From Malacoraja senta (lineage: Eukaryota), in NCBI GenBank assembly GCA_038087875.1, contig CM075990.1, forward strand, positions 10,480,001 through 10,544,000: 64,000 nucleotides of DNA. The letters run 5' to 3'. The notes under the pieces were generated by a model. That model made no database searches and was not told the DNA's origin. It was given only the letters and a program-made list of their open reading frames with translations. This document shows positions 49,666 to 63,212 of the stretch, in pieces. The translations under genes and the position numbers were made by a program. How positions within the stretch are numbered: position 1 is the first letter of the stretch; each line of letters starts with the position of its first letter.

Positions 49666-52600
49666 TCTGAGATTCATTCATTGATGTTGGAGCTGTAAAG
49701 GAAGATGAAAATGTTAAATCTGTCACCTTGCCTCTCTCAGCTCATAAACAGTGAACTATCTTGGTGTTAAGGAAGGCAAAGTGGAGAGGATCACTTGCTT
49801 TGTTTTGAACATTATGATTTTTCAAATCCTTACAATAAGCTTCTCCATATTAGAGTCAGAGGGCTAACCCTCCAATATTGCAGTGAGCTGTACCTTTGGA
49901 ACCATGATGGAGATCTGCTGCAGCTGCTAGAAATTATCCTGCAGCAAAAAAGTTGAGAATCAAATTGGCCTTGACCTCCATGAAGAGACCTGATTTCCAT
50001 GGGCGGAAATCCTTGGGGGACATGGCCCCCCCCGCCCCCTAAGCCCCCCCCCCCATGCTTTGAGAAGTGGGGGACAATCCCTCCCCCCCCCCCATGTTTT
50101 GTAATCCACGCTCTTTAAGAGAGTATGAACAAAGGTCCTCCCAAGGCTTCTCAACGTTTCTCAATGTCCCCAACCACACTTATTGACTATTCACCTGCAT
50201 AAAGACATCTTGAATAATGGAAGCTGCCAATGATGTCATCACTGAGGCATCCATTAGCAACCAAATGATTTTCAAAAAACACCCTTGGTTAGATTGACTG
50301 CACACCACATACTCTGGGAGGTGTTGAGAGCACAGCTTTAAATAGTCACAAATGCAATGAGGTAGCACAGCACACCCTTTGTTGTACTAGGAATGTTTAA
50401 TGGTGGCCATAGCATTCACCATAAAGCTGCAAGTTATGTTGGTATGGGAGGAAATGTGTGATGCACAACTGGCATCATCATTAGATACAAATCCAACCTT
50501 GGGAAAACGTCAGAGATAATAATATAAATGATTCAAAGAAGTGCCCAGTTCAGTTTTTCCGATATTGCTTTTAACTTCAAAATGATTACTAGGCTTATCT
50601 AAGATGACTAAATGGAATGGTGGAAGAGGGTTGGGAAGAGGGGGAGGGGGGGGGGGTGGAGAAAGCTGGAAAAATGGAGGGGCAGGACCAAGATTAGGTG
50701 GATACGGGAGAGGGGAGGGGGGTGTTGAAAGGCAGATAGTTGGACAAAGGCCAGAAATAAAAAAGACAGAAGGTGTGAGAGAAATGATTTGTACAGTTGG
50801 GAATTGTGAAACCAGAGTGCGTACACAGAGTTGATATCGTGTTCTTTAAAGGTGATTTTATTTTTCTGTTCTATTAGGATCTTTCAGTGGGCAGTAAATG
50901 AAACTGTCTGTTGTGCTGCATCATGTTCCACATTCCAAAAGTCTAAGTTCAGGGAGGAAGTGAACATGTGCAGGAAATTCTACTTTGAAGTTTGGTACTT
51001 GATAGTGGTGGAATTTGTAACATCAACCAGCTAAGTACAGCCAAAGACACCAAGGTCACTCTACATAACTGCAAGTTTTCTAACGTACGTTGCAACTTCC
51101 TGATGAAGCTTCTTTTCATTCAGATTAAAGATGTAAAAATCCCGACAAAAAAAGAACTATAAACTATCAGAATTTACCATTAATAAGTGGTGAATTTTAG
51201 AATCTCTACTTACATGTTTATCATGAATATCCTGAGGTCATTGTCAGTGATTCTGTTTTCTTTTGCAGACTACACTATTTGCAGTCTTCTCTAAGAGAAT
51301 CATAGGAGAATTGCAAACTGATGTTAATTCATGAACGCTCCATTACAAGATACCTTGGAAGTCTTACATTCCTATTACAAGTGTGCCGAATTAGGTTTTT
51401 AATGAATTTGAAATATAATTGCAATTTGGCAAGCTATTTAGCTCAAGAAACAGTGATTATACATATGTAGATTTGAGTTTCAAATGAACATTTCAAAATA
51501 TATTGATTTTATTGTTTTGTTATTTTATCTTATTCAATTATATGATCTCATCTTTAATGAACGCTGTATATTGCTTAAACAGTAAATTAAAGAAAATATG
51601 TTCATTGCTTTCCAATATGCTATGAGATGTCACAGCTACTGGATGCCAGACATTTTCTATGAGTGATCGTCGGCAGCAGCAGGTATTGTTAAAAGTAAAG
51701 TCTTACGGTTAGATCCTTGTCAGGAGCTTTAATAAGATCATCAAACACCATTATTTGGCCTCAATGATCCCAAATTCCAGGTCATAAGAAGTAGAAGCAA
51801 CAGTGATTCGGCACATTATGCCTGCCTTGTCATTCAATAAGATCCTTTTACCAACGCATCACTTTCCTGTACCATCTCCATACCCTTTACACCCTAATAT
51901 CTACAAAACAGATTTAATATCACAAAACTCTTCCCTGCAGATGCAATTTTTGATGAATTTTCACTAATAATATATTCATGCTAATTGCCATCCAATATCA
52001 TCAGTCAGGATGAATACCCTGGCAACCAACAGGAACTGAATTAAAATCTCATCTGGAGAACCTCAACCAATATAATTCTTCCTACAACTGTGTCCATATT
52101 AGGCTATAATTGCCTCTATCTCATCAGAAAAAGAAGGGGCAAATTATTTTTGGCAATTTTGAAATTCCAGTAGAGGTAGAAAATAAGGCTGAAGTTCTAA
52201 GTGTGAAACGGAAACACTGGTCATAGGAGGAAGTGTTCTCAAGGTGGAGTAGTAGTACATTTACCAATGGAAGCCCTACACCAAGTGGTGAATATTTTAT
52301 ATTCATCAGTGCTGAGGTTCCTCACTTTGATCCAACAAAAATCACACCGGCGTCAAAAGAGAAACAACGAGGAGGTCGGGGTTGGAAAGGGTCTTGTTGG
52401 TCCAGATCGCACTACATACACCTGCCTGCCTCTAGCTACTGGAATTCCTGGCCATGCATTCACCTGGTCTGAAGCCATGCATGCCATACCAAGGACTCAG
52501 TGACCAGTAAAGAATTAGGGGCAGGGGTTTTGTTTCCTGTCAAAGTCTGCAAGACTTTTTGGGTTACAGTTTTTAAATGCCTTTTATATTCAAACTTTTT

Positions 52601-54530
52601 TAAAAAATTACAATTATTCAAAATCATTTTTTAAAAATATAAAATGAATTAAAAACACATTACAACACTAAGAATAGGAAAACAACTTAGTACCTTGATT
52701 TACTTATTTCCTCCTAAGCTCTAGGCCAAAATCCCTATTGAAATGAAGGGGCTCCTGAATACTATGCCAGATTTGCCTGTCATTGGGCCAGAAAGATAGA
52801 TCCCATTGTGTAGTGTTGTGGCTTCCCAGCTAAAATGGGGCTCTGCCATTATACTCCATGTGAGGCTCTGATAGATTGGTGTGACAAATGCTGCCAGCCA
52901 CAGCCAGCGCCTGAGAATAGAAGTAATAGAAGCCATTTATGCCCTCACACCTGCTCCATCATGCAATAAAATTGCAACTGATCTTTCACATAGTGTCACT
53001 TTCCTACACTAACCCCATATCCTTGATTCCTTTAATATCCCAAAATCTATCCATCTTTTTCTCAAATATACTCAGTGTTTGTGTTGCCACATCTCTCTCG
53101 CATAGAGAATTCTGAAGATTCACCATTCTTCAGTTAAAGAAAATGGATCAATTTTCAAGCATTTTTTCATGGGTGCATGCAATTCAAAGTCCCATTGTGA
53201 ATACTGGGAAGTGACAATGGAAATTGGGATTAACTCAGTCACCTGCTCATAAACAAAAAAGCTACTCAGCCGAATATCTGGAACAACGCTTTTATTTCTT
53301 AATGAGTCTTGGCAGCAATTCAGAAAAGCATGCCAACCAATCATTTTAATTCACTTAATTTGATTTTCAGAAAACCTAATTGTGTTGCAATGAAATGATT
53401 GGTGGAAGCATTTGAAGTCCTGTAAAATTAATATGTAGTAATATTAGAATAAAGCACAAGCTTATTTGGTAAATTTGTGTGATGGAAGTATGTAGAGGCC
53501 ATCTCTAGACACCTATTTGTGTTCGCTGGTAGGAAGTAGATTTTACTAACATCCACCCACCACAAAATCTATAGATAGATTTAGTAACGCAGGAAATAAA
53601 TTTCCAATTCCCATGATCTGCAGATAAATAGGGGGAGCAGCATTGACCTTCCTCATTCTGAAGGATGCAGCTTTCCTTCACAAACTATAATCTGTTGCTG
53701 CACAGATTTCCATGTTTGATAACCTTTTAATTTGTGCTTTTGGCCATGATTAGTCCTGAGCCGTGGTAGAACATGCGCCTAATCGCTCGGTAAACAATGT
53801 TAAACAATTTATGTCTGTGACGTACGTTTACGTATACAAATAAATGCCTCAGTTATTAAGAGATTCATAATTTAGCCATCAGTCTGTCTGGGTTAAACAC
53901 ACTCATTACATAGTAATGGATGCTTTTTTGTGCTTTTAAGCATCTCAGGAAGATAAAGTATAGGAAAGTATGATGTCAAAACATGACCATTGAATAAATA
54001 AGCCACCAGCATAATATTGGTAGCATTTCAATAAAATTAATATATCATATAGGCATTGAAAAGCATGCTCATTTTTATTCCAAGATAACTAACACAACTT
54101 TAATAATATTTTTACTTTTACATAAGAAGTTAATATTCACAATCAAGATTTGGAGCACTGATTATGATATGTAGTCCCAGATGTTAATTGCATTTCGAAT
54201 TCAGTGGCCCAATATTTTATAGGAATCATCACAGAGTTCCCATGAAATCAAATTTCTTTTCTTTCTGTCTTTTGATTTAGTAGCACATTAGGGAGGAATT
54301 TCCTGTGAGGAAATTGCTCCCATTGGTGAGCCCAGTTTGCATATGGCAACCTGTGGCCTAAATCTCGTGCAAAGTTCATTACCTTATATGGGAATATGTA
54401 AAGTGGTTTAAAGTTGCAAAACTTAAAGAAAATGTGAATCACAAACCATGTGGGAGTTTCTGATAAATAACACATAATGTTTCAAGGCACGCAGCGATCA
54501 CTTATACAGAATGGACTATCAATGTAGAGA

Positions 54531-54733
54531 AAATGTGTAGGAAGGAACTGCAGATGCAGGTTTACACCAAAGATAGATACAAAATGCTGGAGTAACTCAG
54601 CAGGATAGACAGCATCTTTGGAGAAAAGAAATAGGTGATGTTTCGGGTCAGAAGGATCTCGACCCGAAATGTCACCCATTCCTTCTCTCCAGAAATTGTT
54701 GCTGAGTTACTCTAGCATTTTGTGTCTATCTTC
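54531..54733. mobile_element. Mini-Penelope inverted pair
   Basis: TSD caatgtagaga at 54520-30 and 54734-44. Confidence 0.85.
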
Positions 54734-54960
54734 CAATGTAGAGACCCAAGTTCAAATCCTACCAAGGCAGTTGTAGAACTTAAATTCAGGGACCAATCAG
54801 GAATGAAAACAAATACAAATTTGTAATGATGACCACAAAACTTGGAATGTCATGAAAACCTCTTTGGTTCCATCAATGGAGGAAACCTGCCATCCTTACC
54901 CAGTTTGTCCAGGAAGCTGATTACAGACCACCAGCAATATGATTCATGTTTAAAATGTTC

Positions 54961-55270
54961 TCGGTGGCGCAGCGGTAGAGTTGATGCCTTACAGCGAATG
55001 CAGCGCCGGAGACCCGGGTTCGATCCCGACTATGGGTGCTGTCTGTACGGAGTTTGCACGTTCTCCCTGTGACCTGCGTGGGTTTTCTCCGAGATCTTTG
55101 GTTTCCTCCCACACTCCAAACGTTTGTAGGTTAATTGGCTTGGTAATTGTAACAATTGTCCCTAGTGGGTAGGGATAGTATTAATATGTGGGGGTCGCTG
55201 GTCGGCGTGAACCCGGTGGGCCGAAGGGCCTGTTTCCGCACTGTATCTCTAAACTAAACTAAACTAAACT
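54961..55270 (+). mobile_element. tRNA-derived V-SINE (HE1-like), young
   Basis: A-box tggcgcagcgg, B-box ggttcgatccc, V-domain, and tail gggccgaagggcctgtttccgcactgtatct(ctaaa)n shared with CR1 3' ends. Confidence 0.9.
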
Positions 55271-55324
55271 ACTCTGCTCAGGAACAATGAAGGGCAAGGT
55301 ACCTACATCCTGAAAAAGATGGTG

Positions 55325-55610
55325 GAATACAAATTAAGAACCAGAGGAACCATAGGTTTAAGATGAGGGGGAAAAAGATTTAATAGGAATCTGAGGGGCA
55401 AGTTTTTTACACAAAGGATGGTGGGTTTATGGAATGAGCTACCAGTGGAGGTAGTTGAGGTAGGAACTATTACAACATTTAAAATACATTTGGACAGGTA
55501 CATGTAAAGGATAGGTTTAGAAGGATACGGGTCAAACGCAGGCAGGTGGGACTAGTGTAGATGGGGCATGTTGGTCGGCATGGGCAAGTTGGACCAAAGG
55601 GCCTGTTTCC
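55325..55610 (+). mobile_element. CR1 LINE 3' end fragment
   Basis: RTRG..FFTQRMVGLWNELP..FKIHLDRYM, then a 3' UTR ending gggcctgtttcc. Confidence 0.8.
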
Positions 55611-57754
55611 ATTAGCACAGTGGCCCGTCCGTTCAATGACACTGGGCCCAATTTACAAGCATAAAATATGTGCAAGAGCATCCAATCCAACAGGATGAGA
55701 ATGCCTAAGGCAATATTGCACCAACCATCTTATGGAAATAGTATCCAGTGGCTTGACTCATGCATGAGATGGGTACTACCCATTGGATATTCATATATGG
55801 TCTCTATTTTTATCACTCCTTTACTAGTAAAGTTGTTTTGAATATGAACATGTATAATTGTGCTCAGGACAACGAGGTTACATGTGGTTTGGCTGATAGG
55901 TCTTAAGTAGACTCTTGCTGTCTGCAATCTTGTGTCTCACATCATTTTCATTTGTATCCACCAATCCAACAACACGCAACCATCATCATGGTTCACTATC
56001 TTTTACAGTGGGGCTGTGCCTCAGAGAATAGCTTAAGGATATCAGTAACTAAAGGAAATCATCTAGCATGTTTGACATCACAAAATGCCAGGTGTCACAG
56101 AAAACAAGGATGCTCATACTTATATAATGGGTAATTTTCTCAGAGAATGTTCAAGGAAAGAGATATGCAAGGTGGAAAGATTGAAGAAGACAATCCCAGA
56201 ATGTTCGGCTCATTGCAACTGATGGCAAAGCCTCCAAGAGTGGTGTAACAATGCTCACGGGCTAAAATGGAGGAACATCCTTCCCCACTCATCTGGTTCC
56301 ACCTTTCACCTGCAAAGTATCTGACTTGACCGGATATGTGAAAGAGAATACGTTACAGGGAATTAAGTGGACAATAGTTCTGATGGGTATGCACTGAGAG
56401 ATGACATAGACTCAATGGGCCAAATTGCATTCTACTGCATTGTAAAGAAATATGAGAATATGACTGAACAATAAGGAAGAGGTAGAAAACTAATCTTTTT
56501 TACTGCAAACCTAGCTGGAAATAATCAGCACAAGTCTGCAGTTTCCAAACCAACCATAAGTGAAGCCAAATTCCCTCGGACATAATATTTAAGAAAAAGT
56601 AAATATACGAAGCCAACATGCATTTAGATACAGATCAATAGTGGGCAAAAAAGATTGTAGGAATTCAGGCACAGAATATCACTTACATAATGCTCCAGAT
56701 TCTGAGCTTCCTGGGGCTGCTGCAACTTATATTTGCTTTACATCATGATTACATGCATTCCTGCACAGAAACCAAAAGGAAATCCAATCCCATCCTTTTT
56801 GTTCCTGTATATGCGTAAGCATCTTTGCTACAGCGATCATATGGAGACTGTCTTGCAGACGTTTGTGGAGTGGGCTGAGGCGGGGGTGGTGAAAGTATCT
56901 GGAAATTCAGTAATACCTTCAGTGGCACCTGGGAATTTGTCAATATTCTTAGAAGGACCAGGGAGTGTGCAAATATTTGCTGGGGATTTTCTAAGCATAA
57001 AGGTTTGAAAGATCCGTATACTGCTGTGAATCCAGGTTCAAATCTTAGCATCCTGGGTTGGGATCAAAACTGCAATTTAAAACAGAAAGACGCGGGTGGC
57101 TAATCCATGAAGACCAAAGGGCATGTTCATGCTGTTCAAGCACATTTTGAGCTACAGGAGGTAGAGGCAGCATCTGTTTCTCATGGATTTATTAAATTTT
57201 TACTCCTGCATTATAGACCATCCTGAACTTTCATTTTCCCCTCCCCAGGACCATTCTGAAAATTTAGATTTACGAATTCATTTTCTGATATCAAGGTATT
57301 TAAACGAATGGGATGATTACTTTTTAGGTCAGAGAATATCGGACAGGAATTGGCCTAAGAACATATTAATATATATTTTATTTCATTTTCAATTCTATAT
57401 CCAGAACCATTTACCACTGAGGTAGTTGGAACGATTACTGCAGCTCCAGTTACTGCTGCATCTGTTTTATATGGTTCCTGGATCAGAGGTTTTTCACTGT
57501 AGTTACAGCAAGAATATCATATTCATCAAGCTCATGACCTGTTACAACTGCTGGTGAGATGAATGTGGCGTTCTTATTTATCTGGAGAAAGACACAAAAA
57601 GAGCAAATTTTCAGCTTATTCCGAATCAAACTCCACAAAACAAAGCCCGTGTCAACAATTTCAAATGTGGTATTTTAACGACTTTTTGATAGCAATTTTA
57701 AAGAGCTTGATGTAGCAAATGGTCATTGCACTAGACCCATATCCCTCTACTCCT

Positions 57755-57793
57755 GGAGCACCCGCTGAGTTTCTCCAGCATTTTTGTGTACCT
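57755..57793 (+). mobile_element. 39-bp extremely truncated Penelope family-B insertion
   Basis: 13-bp TSD tccctctactcct at 57742-54 and 57794-806; ends at the same gtgtacc boundary as other copies. Confidence 0.8.
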
Positions 57794-58107
57794 TCCCTCT
57801 ACTCCTTTCTACCCAAGTACCTGCTCAAATGTTTTTTTAAATTTTGTAATTGTATCTGCCTCTACCACATCCTCTGGTTTCATATACCACACCCTGTGTG
57901 AAAAAATTGCCCCTTAGATCTTAAAATGTTTCCCTCTCACCTTAAACCTATGCCCTTTTAGTTTCCCCCACCCTGCAAAAAAAAACGGACTATCTATCAC
58001 ATCTATGCCCCTCAAAATCTTATAAACCTCAATAAGGTTGCTCCTCGGCCTGCTACGTTCCAGTGTGAATAAATCCGTCATATCCAATCTTTCCTTCTGA
58101 CTAAGCT

Positions 58108-58997
58108 AGGATGCTATGAGAATGCAGGGTGACTTGGACAGGTTGGGGGAGTGGACAGATGCATGGCAGATGAAGTTTAATGTGGATAAATGTGAGGTTA
58201 TCCACTTTGGTAGCAAAAACGGGAAGGCAGATTACTATCTAAATGGCGTCAAGTTGGGAAAAGGGGAAGTACAATGGGATCTGGGGGTCCTTGTACATCA
58301 CTCTATGAAAGTAAGCATGCAGGTACAGCAGGCAGTGAAGAAAGCGAATGGCATGTTGGCCTTTATAACAAGAGGAATCAAATATAGGAGCAAAGAGGTC
58401 CTTCTGCAGTTGTACGGAGCCCTAGTGAGACCACACCTGGAGTATTGTGTGCAGTTTTGGTCCCCTAATTTGAGGAAGGACATTCTTGCTATTGAGGGAG
58501 TGCAGCGTGGGTTTACAAGGTTAATTCCCGGAATGGCGGGACTGTCATATGCTGAGAGAAAGGTGCAGCTGGGCTTGTACACTCTGGAGTTTAGAAGGAT
58601 GGGGGATCTCACTGAAACATATAAGATTGTTAAGGGTTTGGACACGCTAGAGGCAGGAAACATGTTCCCGATGTTTGGGGAGTCCAGAACCAGGGGCCAC
58701 AGTTTAAGAATAAGGAGTAAGCCATTTAGAACGGAGACGAGGAAACACTTTTTCTCACAGAGAGTGGTGAGTTTGTGGAATTCTCTGCCTCAGAGGGCGG
58801 TGGAGGCAGGTTCTCTGGATGCTTTCAAGAGAGAGCTAGATAGGGCTCTTAAAAATAGCGGAGTCAGGGGATATGGGGAGAAGGCAGGAACGGGGTACTG
58901 ATTGTGGATAATCAGCCATGATCACATGAATGGCGGTGCTGGCTCGAAGGGCCGAATGGCCTACTCCTGCACCTATTGTCTATTGTCTATTGTCTAA
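58108..58997 (+). mobile_element. Young 5'-truncated CR1 LINE (ORF2 C-terminal 261 aa open) with (CTATTGT)n tail
   Basis: ORF 58116-58901 (QGDLDRLGEW...WQMKFNVDKC...LVRPHLEYCVQFWSP...RTRGHSL...FFSQRVVSLWNSLP). Confidence 0.92.
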
Positions 58998-59284
58998 AGC
59001 CCCACATTCCAAGCAACATTCTGGTGATTCTCCTCTGTACTTTTTCCAATGCTACCAAATCCCTCCTGCAGAGTGGTGACCAGAAGTGTACACAACACTT
59101 CAAGTACAGCTTATCTAACGTGTTGTACAGATGCAACATGACCTTGCAATTCGTATACGTAATACCTTGGTCTATAAACGCAAGCATGCCGAATGCCACT
59201 TCACAACCCTATCCACCTGTGTTGCCTTTGTCAGTGAACTGTGAACTTGTATTACATGGTGTCTCTGTGCATCAACAATCCTTA

Positions 59285-59854
59285 AGGGCCTGTCGCACTT
59301 GGGCGACCTAATCCGCGAATTCTGGCGAGTTTGCCCTCGACTCATACTCGCAGCATGGTCGACACGAGGTCGTAGGAGGTCTTCTTAACTCTCCTTCATG
59401 CTCGAGAGTGGTCTCCGCGTACTTGAGGCCTCAGCTAGGTCGCGGCGTTTTTTTCAATATGTTAAAAAATGCCCGCGAGTAAAAAAAGGTCGCCATGGAC
59501 AAAATCAATACTTTTTTTACTCGTAGGTTTAGTAGTAGTTGGTCGTAGTAGGTCATAGTAGGTCGACATGTTAGTCGTAGGTAATCGAGGGTAGTCGAAG
59601 GTAGTCGTAGATAGTCTTCATCATAGTCGAAGGGAGGTCGAAGGAGATCGAAGGAGGTCGTCTTCACTCTCCACTATTTTGTGTCCAATTTTCCCGAAGT
59701 TAGTCGTAACTAGTCGTAGCTAATCGAAGCTGATCTTCAACAGTCAAAGGCGGTGGAAGGAGGTCTTCTACATAGTCGAAGGGGGTCTTCAACATTACAT
59801 TTTTTCAAACTCTTCTAAACTCGCCAATTAGGTCACCCAAGTGGGACAGCCCCT
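59285..59854. mobile_element. PIF/Harbinger-type MITE, same family as 45991-46586 in the opposite orientation
   Basis: TIR agggcctgtcgcacttgggcgacctaat ... attaggtcacccaagtgggacagcccct; flanks TTA/TAA. Confidence 0.85.
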
Positions 59855-60429
59855 TAACATCCTTGCCATTTACTAGGTATGTCCTGGCAGTATTTGAGTT
59901 GCAAAGTGCATTACCTCACACTTGTCCGGATTAAATTCCATCTGCTACTGTCCTGCCCCACTATTCCAGCTGATTTATGTCTCTCCGAATCTTCAGACAA
60001 CCTTCTTTGCTATCTATGCCTTCCACAAACTTCATGTCATCGGCAAACCTATTAATCAGACCACCTACATCCTCCTCCGTGTCATTTGTGTATGCTACAA
60101 ACAAGATTACTAATGCTTACAGACATCCAGTTAAAAAAAACATGTACCACTACCTTGTGCCACCTATCACCAAGCAAATTTTGGATTAATTTTAGTAACA
60201 CAGATCCCACATTTTGTAACCTTCTGGACCAGCCTACCATGCAGGAACTTGTCAAAAGTCTTGCTAAAATCCATGATTATCACTTTTCCTTCAACAATTT
60301 CCTTACTTATTTCCTCACAAAATAATCAGAATTTTAATACAAGTTTTCCAGTGCACAAAACTTTGCTGACTCTTTCTAGTCAGTCCCTCCCCTCCCAGAT
60401 ATATCCTATTCACATATGTCAGGCTGTTG

Positions 60430-61545
60430 TTCATTGACTACAGCTCATCATTCAACACAATCATCCCATCCAAACATCTCCAAGCTCCAAGACCTAGGCC
60501 CCCGGACCTCCCTTTGCAACTGGGAGCTTGACTTCCTCATCGTCCTACCTCAATCAGTGTGGATCAATTACAACTCCTCCTCACTTACCATGAACCCAGG
60601 ATGCTTAGCCCCCTTACTCTGCTCACTTTACCTGTGACTCTGTGCCAAGTACAGCTCCAACGCCATCTATAAATTCACCCTACTGTTGGACGAAACCCAG
60701 GAGATAGACCACCTGGCTGAGTGGTGCCATAACACCAATCCCTTGCTTAACATAAACAAAACCAAGGATCTAATTGTTGATCAGAAAGGATAAGTCAGGA
60801 GGTTACATGTGAGTTTTCATTGGTGGGTTGGTGGAGGAAAGGGCTTGCAGCTTCAAATTCCTTGACATTAACATCTTGGATGACCTGTCCTGAGCCTCGC
60901 ACTAGGTGGAATCACAGGAAGAGGTGCTAACAACTCTACTTCCTTAGAAGTTCAAATAGATTCAGCATGTCGACGGCATAACAAATATCTACAGATGCAT
61001 TGTAGAAAGTTTCCTGGCTGATTGCATCCTGACCTAGTTTAACAATTCCAATGCACAGGAATGCACGAGGTTGCAGAGAATCGTGGACTCACCCAGTCCA
61101 TTACTGGCACAGATCCTCCCCACCATCAAAAACATTTGCAAGAGGCACTGGTTCAAGAAGACAGCATTTATCATCAAGGATCTCACTAACTGGGTCATGC
61201 CCTCTTCTCGCTGCTATCATTGTGCGGGAGATACAGAAGTCTGAAGTCGCACACTATCAGGTACAAAACAGCTAGTTTCCTAAAACCTGTCAGGTTCTTG
61301 AACTGACCTGCAAAATCGTAATCCTTCCTTGGCAACACCATGGACCACCTCTTGCATTAGCATGGTCTTGTTTTCTAATTATGTATTTCTGCACTAATGT
61401 CTTGATTTTTTGCACAATCCATTTGTACTAAATTCATGTGTAATTTATATCTAACTCATACATTTTAAAAAAATTGTGCGATGTTTATGTGCCGGTGATG
61501 CTGCTGCAAGCAAGATTTTCACTGTACATGCAATAAATTTGGATT
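60430..61545 (+). mobile_element. Old Rex1/Babar-clade LINE fragment
   Basis: DYSSSFNTIIP, LCNW.LDFL, PGCLAPLLCSLY and KTKDLIVD remnants; aataaa at ~61532. Confidence 0.7.
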
Positions 61546-63120
61546 GACGACCTGACTTGGAATTTTTGCAATAATTTCCCTAATAATGAGGTAAGGTCCA
61601 CAGACCTGTAATTTCCTGGTTTGTCCCATTTGCCCCTTTTGAATCAGGGAACGACATTTGCTAATCTGCCGTCTTCTGGTTCATCAACCAAAGCTATCAA
61701 AGATACAAAAGTCTACATCAGAGCCCCAGCAATCTCCTTTCCATCTTCCTTTGGTATCCTGGAATAGATCCTATCAGTCCCTGGGGATATGTCTACCTTA
61801 AAACATGCCAACATCTTTAACCTATTCTCCTTCCTGATGCAAACATGTTTCAAAATATCAGAATATTAACCCTTCTCTAACTCTCCACAATCCACATCCT
61901 TTCCCCATGGAATTCATGGTGCCAATAGCTAATTGCATTTTTAATAGAATTTCATTGTGGATAGAAACACTTACCTTTGATGATACGTCACTTAAATGGC
62001 TATGTAATTAATCAATGGATACATTTTTTCAAAAAGGATTGAAATGGTATTAATAAATTAGTTGAGTTCAGCTATTTTACCTGATATCATAATCAGTGCC
62101 AATACAAAATTATAGGTACCAAACAATGTGCTGCCCTAAATGTTACGGAAGCAAAACTAGACACTTAACAAAACCGCAAAACAGATGAAAAACGGATTTG
62201 AACTTTCAGGCTCATTGACTTGCATGAGCTTTGTCTCTCTGCCCATAATTGCAGCCTGACCTATGGAGTATTACATGTGTTATCTGTTGCCTTTCAAATT
62301 TCCAGTGTCAGCTGTATTTTGCTTAAAGTTCATTCGCCAAGAATGATCTAATTCGTGGTATTGCATAAAATAAGTTGCTTCTAATGAACATAATTACACC
62401 CACTGCTTGAAAATGTTTAGAATAAACATTCAACATCCACACACAGGCAGCAAAATAAATGTTATGTGAAATTTTATGTTATTTATACACCAGTTTTGTT
62501 GAGCAGGAGTAAAACATGAGATCCATCTTTACAGGTAGCTTTCCTTTTCTCCCATTTTATGATTGATATGATTCATATCCAGACATGAGCCAAGTTTCGC
62601 GGTATAACTTGTGCATGAGTAGCTGCAGTCATCTCACCTCCTCATACAGCTTCAGATGTGAAAATAATGACCACCATTAATTTTATTACCTGGGCTATTA
62701 CAGACAACAGTGAGTGTGATGAGGCTGGAGATGATGGGGTTAGCTGATGGAGTTGGTGTGTTCTGAAAGATCAGTCAGGCTAAAGCACGGGCATTTTGAA
62801 GGTTATTGGAACCTGAAAGAATGATGGGGAATTCATCTGCCTTCACCTGAGGTTTGGACATGATGTGGAAATAGTGTCAGGTGCACAAGGGTGACTTCAT
62901 TGAATTTCTGGAATGATGGGAATGGTCATTGTCGTTCTTCATTCCATAAAATAATCTTTAATATGATTTCCAGAAAAAATAATTTTATTAATCCTCATGT
63001 TATACAATTGAAGTCATATCACTAGTAAAACCCAGGGACACCACGATAAGTAAGGCACCCAAAAGTTTCAGCAAAAGGAAAACAAGATGAATTCTCTTTT
63101 CTCCTGTCTGCAATTATTGA

Positions 63121-63148
63121 CTGAAGAAGGGTTTCGGCCCGAAACGTT
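63121..63148 (+). ncRNA. Minimal hammerhead ribozyme core (PLE type)
   Basis: CUGAAGA-A-GGGU-UUCG-GCCC-GAAAC-GUU. Confidence 0.7.
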
Positions 63149-63212
63149 GCCTATTTCCTTCGCTCCATAGATGCTGCTGCACCCGCTGAGTTTCTCCAGC
63201 ATTTTTGTGTAC
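63121..63212 (+). mobile_element. 92-bp Penelope family-B monomer beginning at the hammerhead core
   Basis: TSD ctgcaattattga(c) at 63108-63121 and 63213-63226. Confidence 0.9.

Larger units (their letters stand above)
57720..60410 (-). mobile_element. Old CR1 LINE hosting three later insertions (39-bp PLE piece, young CR1, Harbinger MITE)
   Basis: ORF 58987-59199 (AFGMLAFIDQGI...CCVHFWSP...LEKVQRRITRML); FADD remnant at ~60035-60047. Confidence 0.8.

Noticed and set aside
52233..52503. Two overlapping ~79-aa ORFs in unique sequence
   Set aside because: No recognisable protein similarity or convincing splice sites.
54961..55035. tRNA-like sequence with A and B boxes
   Set aside because: It is the head of a V-SINE continuing into a V-domain and LINE-derived tail, not a tRNA gene.
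59282..59857. TTAA-flanked reading of this MITE (piggyBac/Kolobok)
   Set aside because: The other two family members show a 3-bp TTA TSD with AGGGCC...GGCCCT termini, favouring PIF/Harbinger, although this copy alone is ambiguous.
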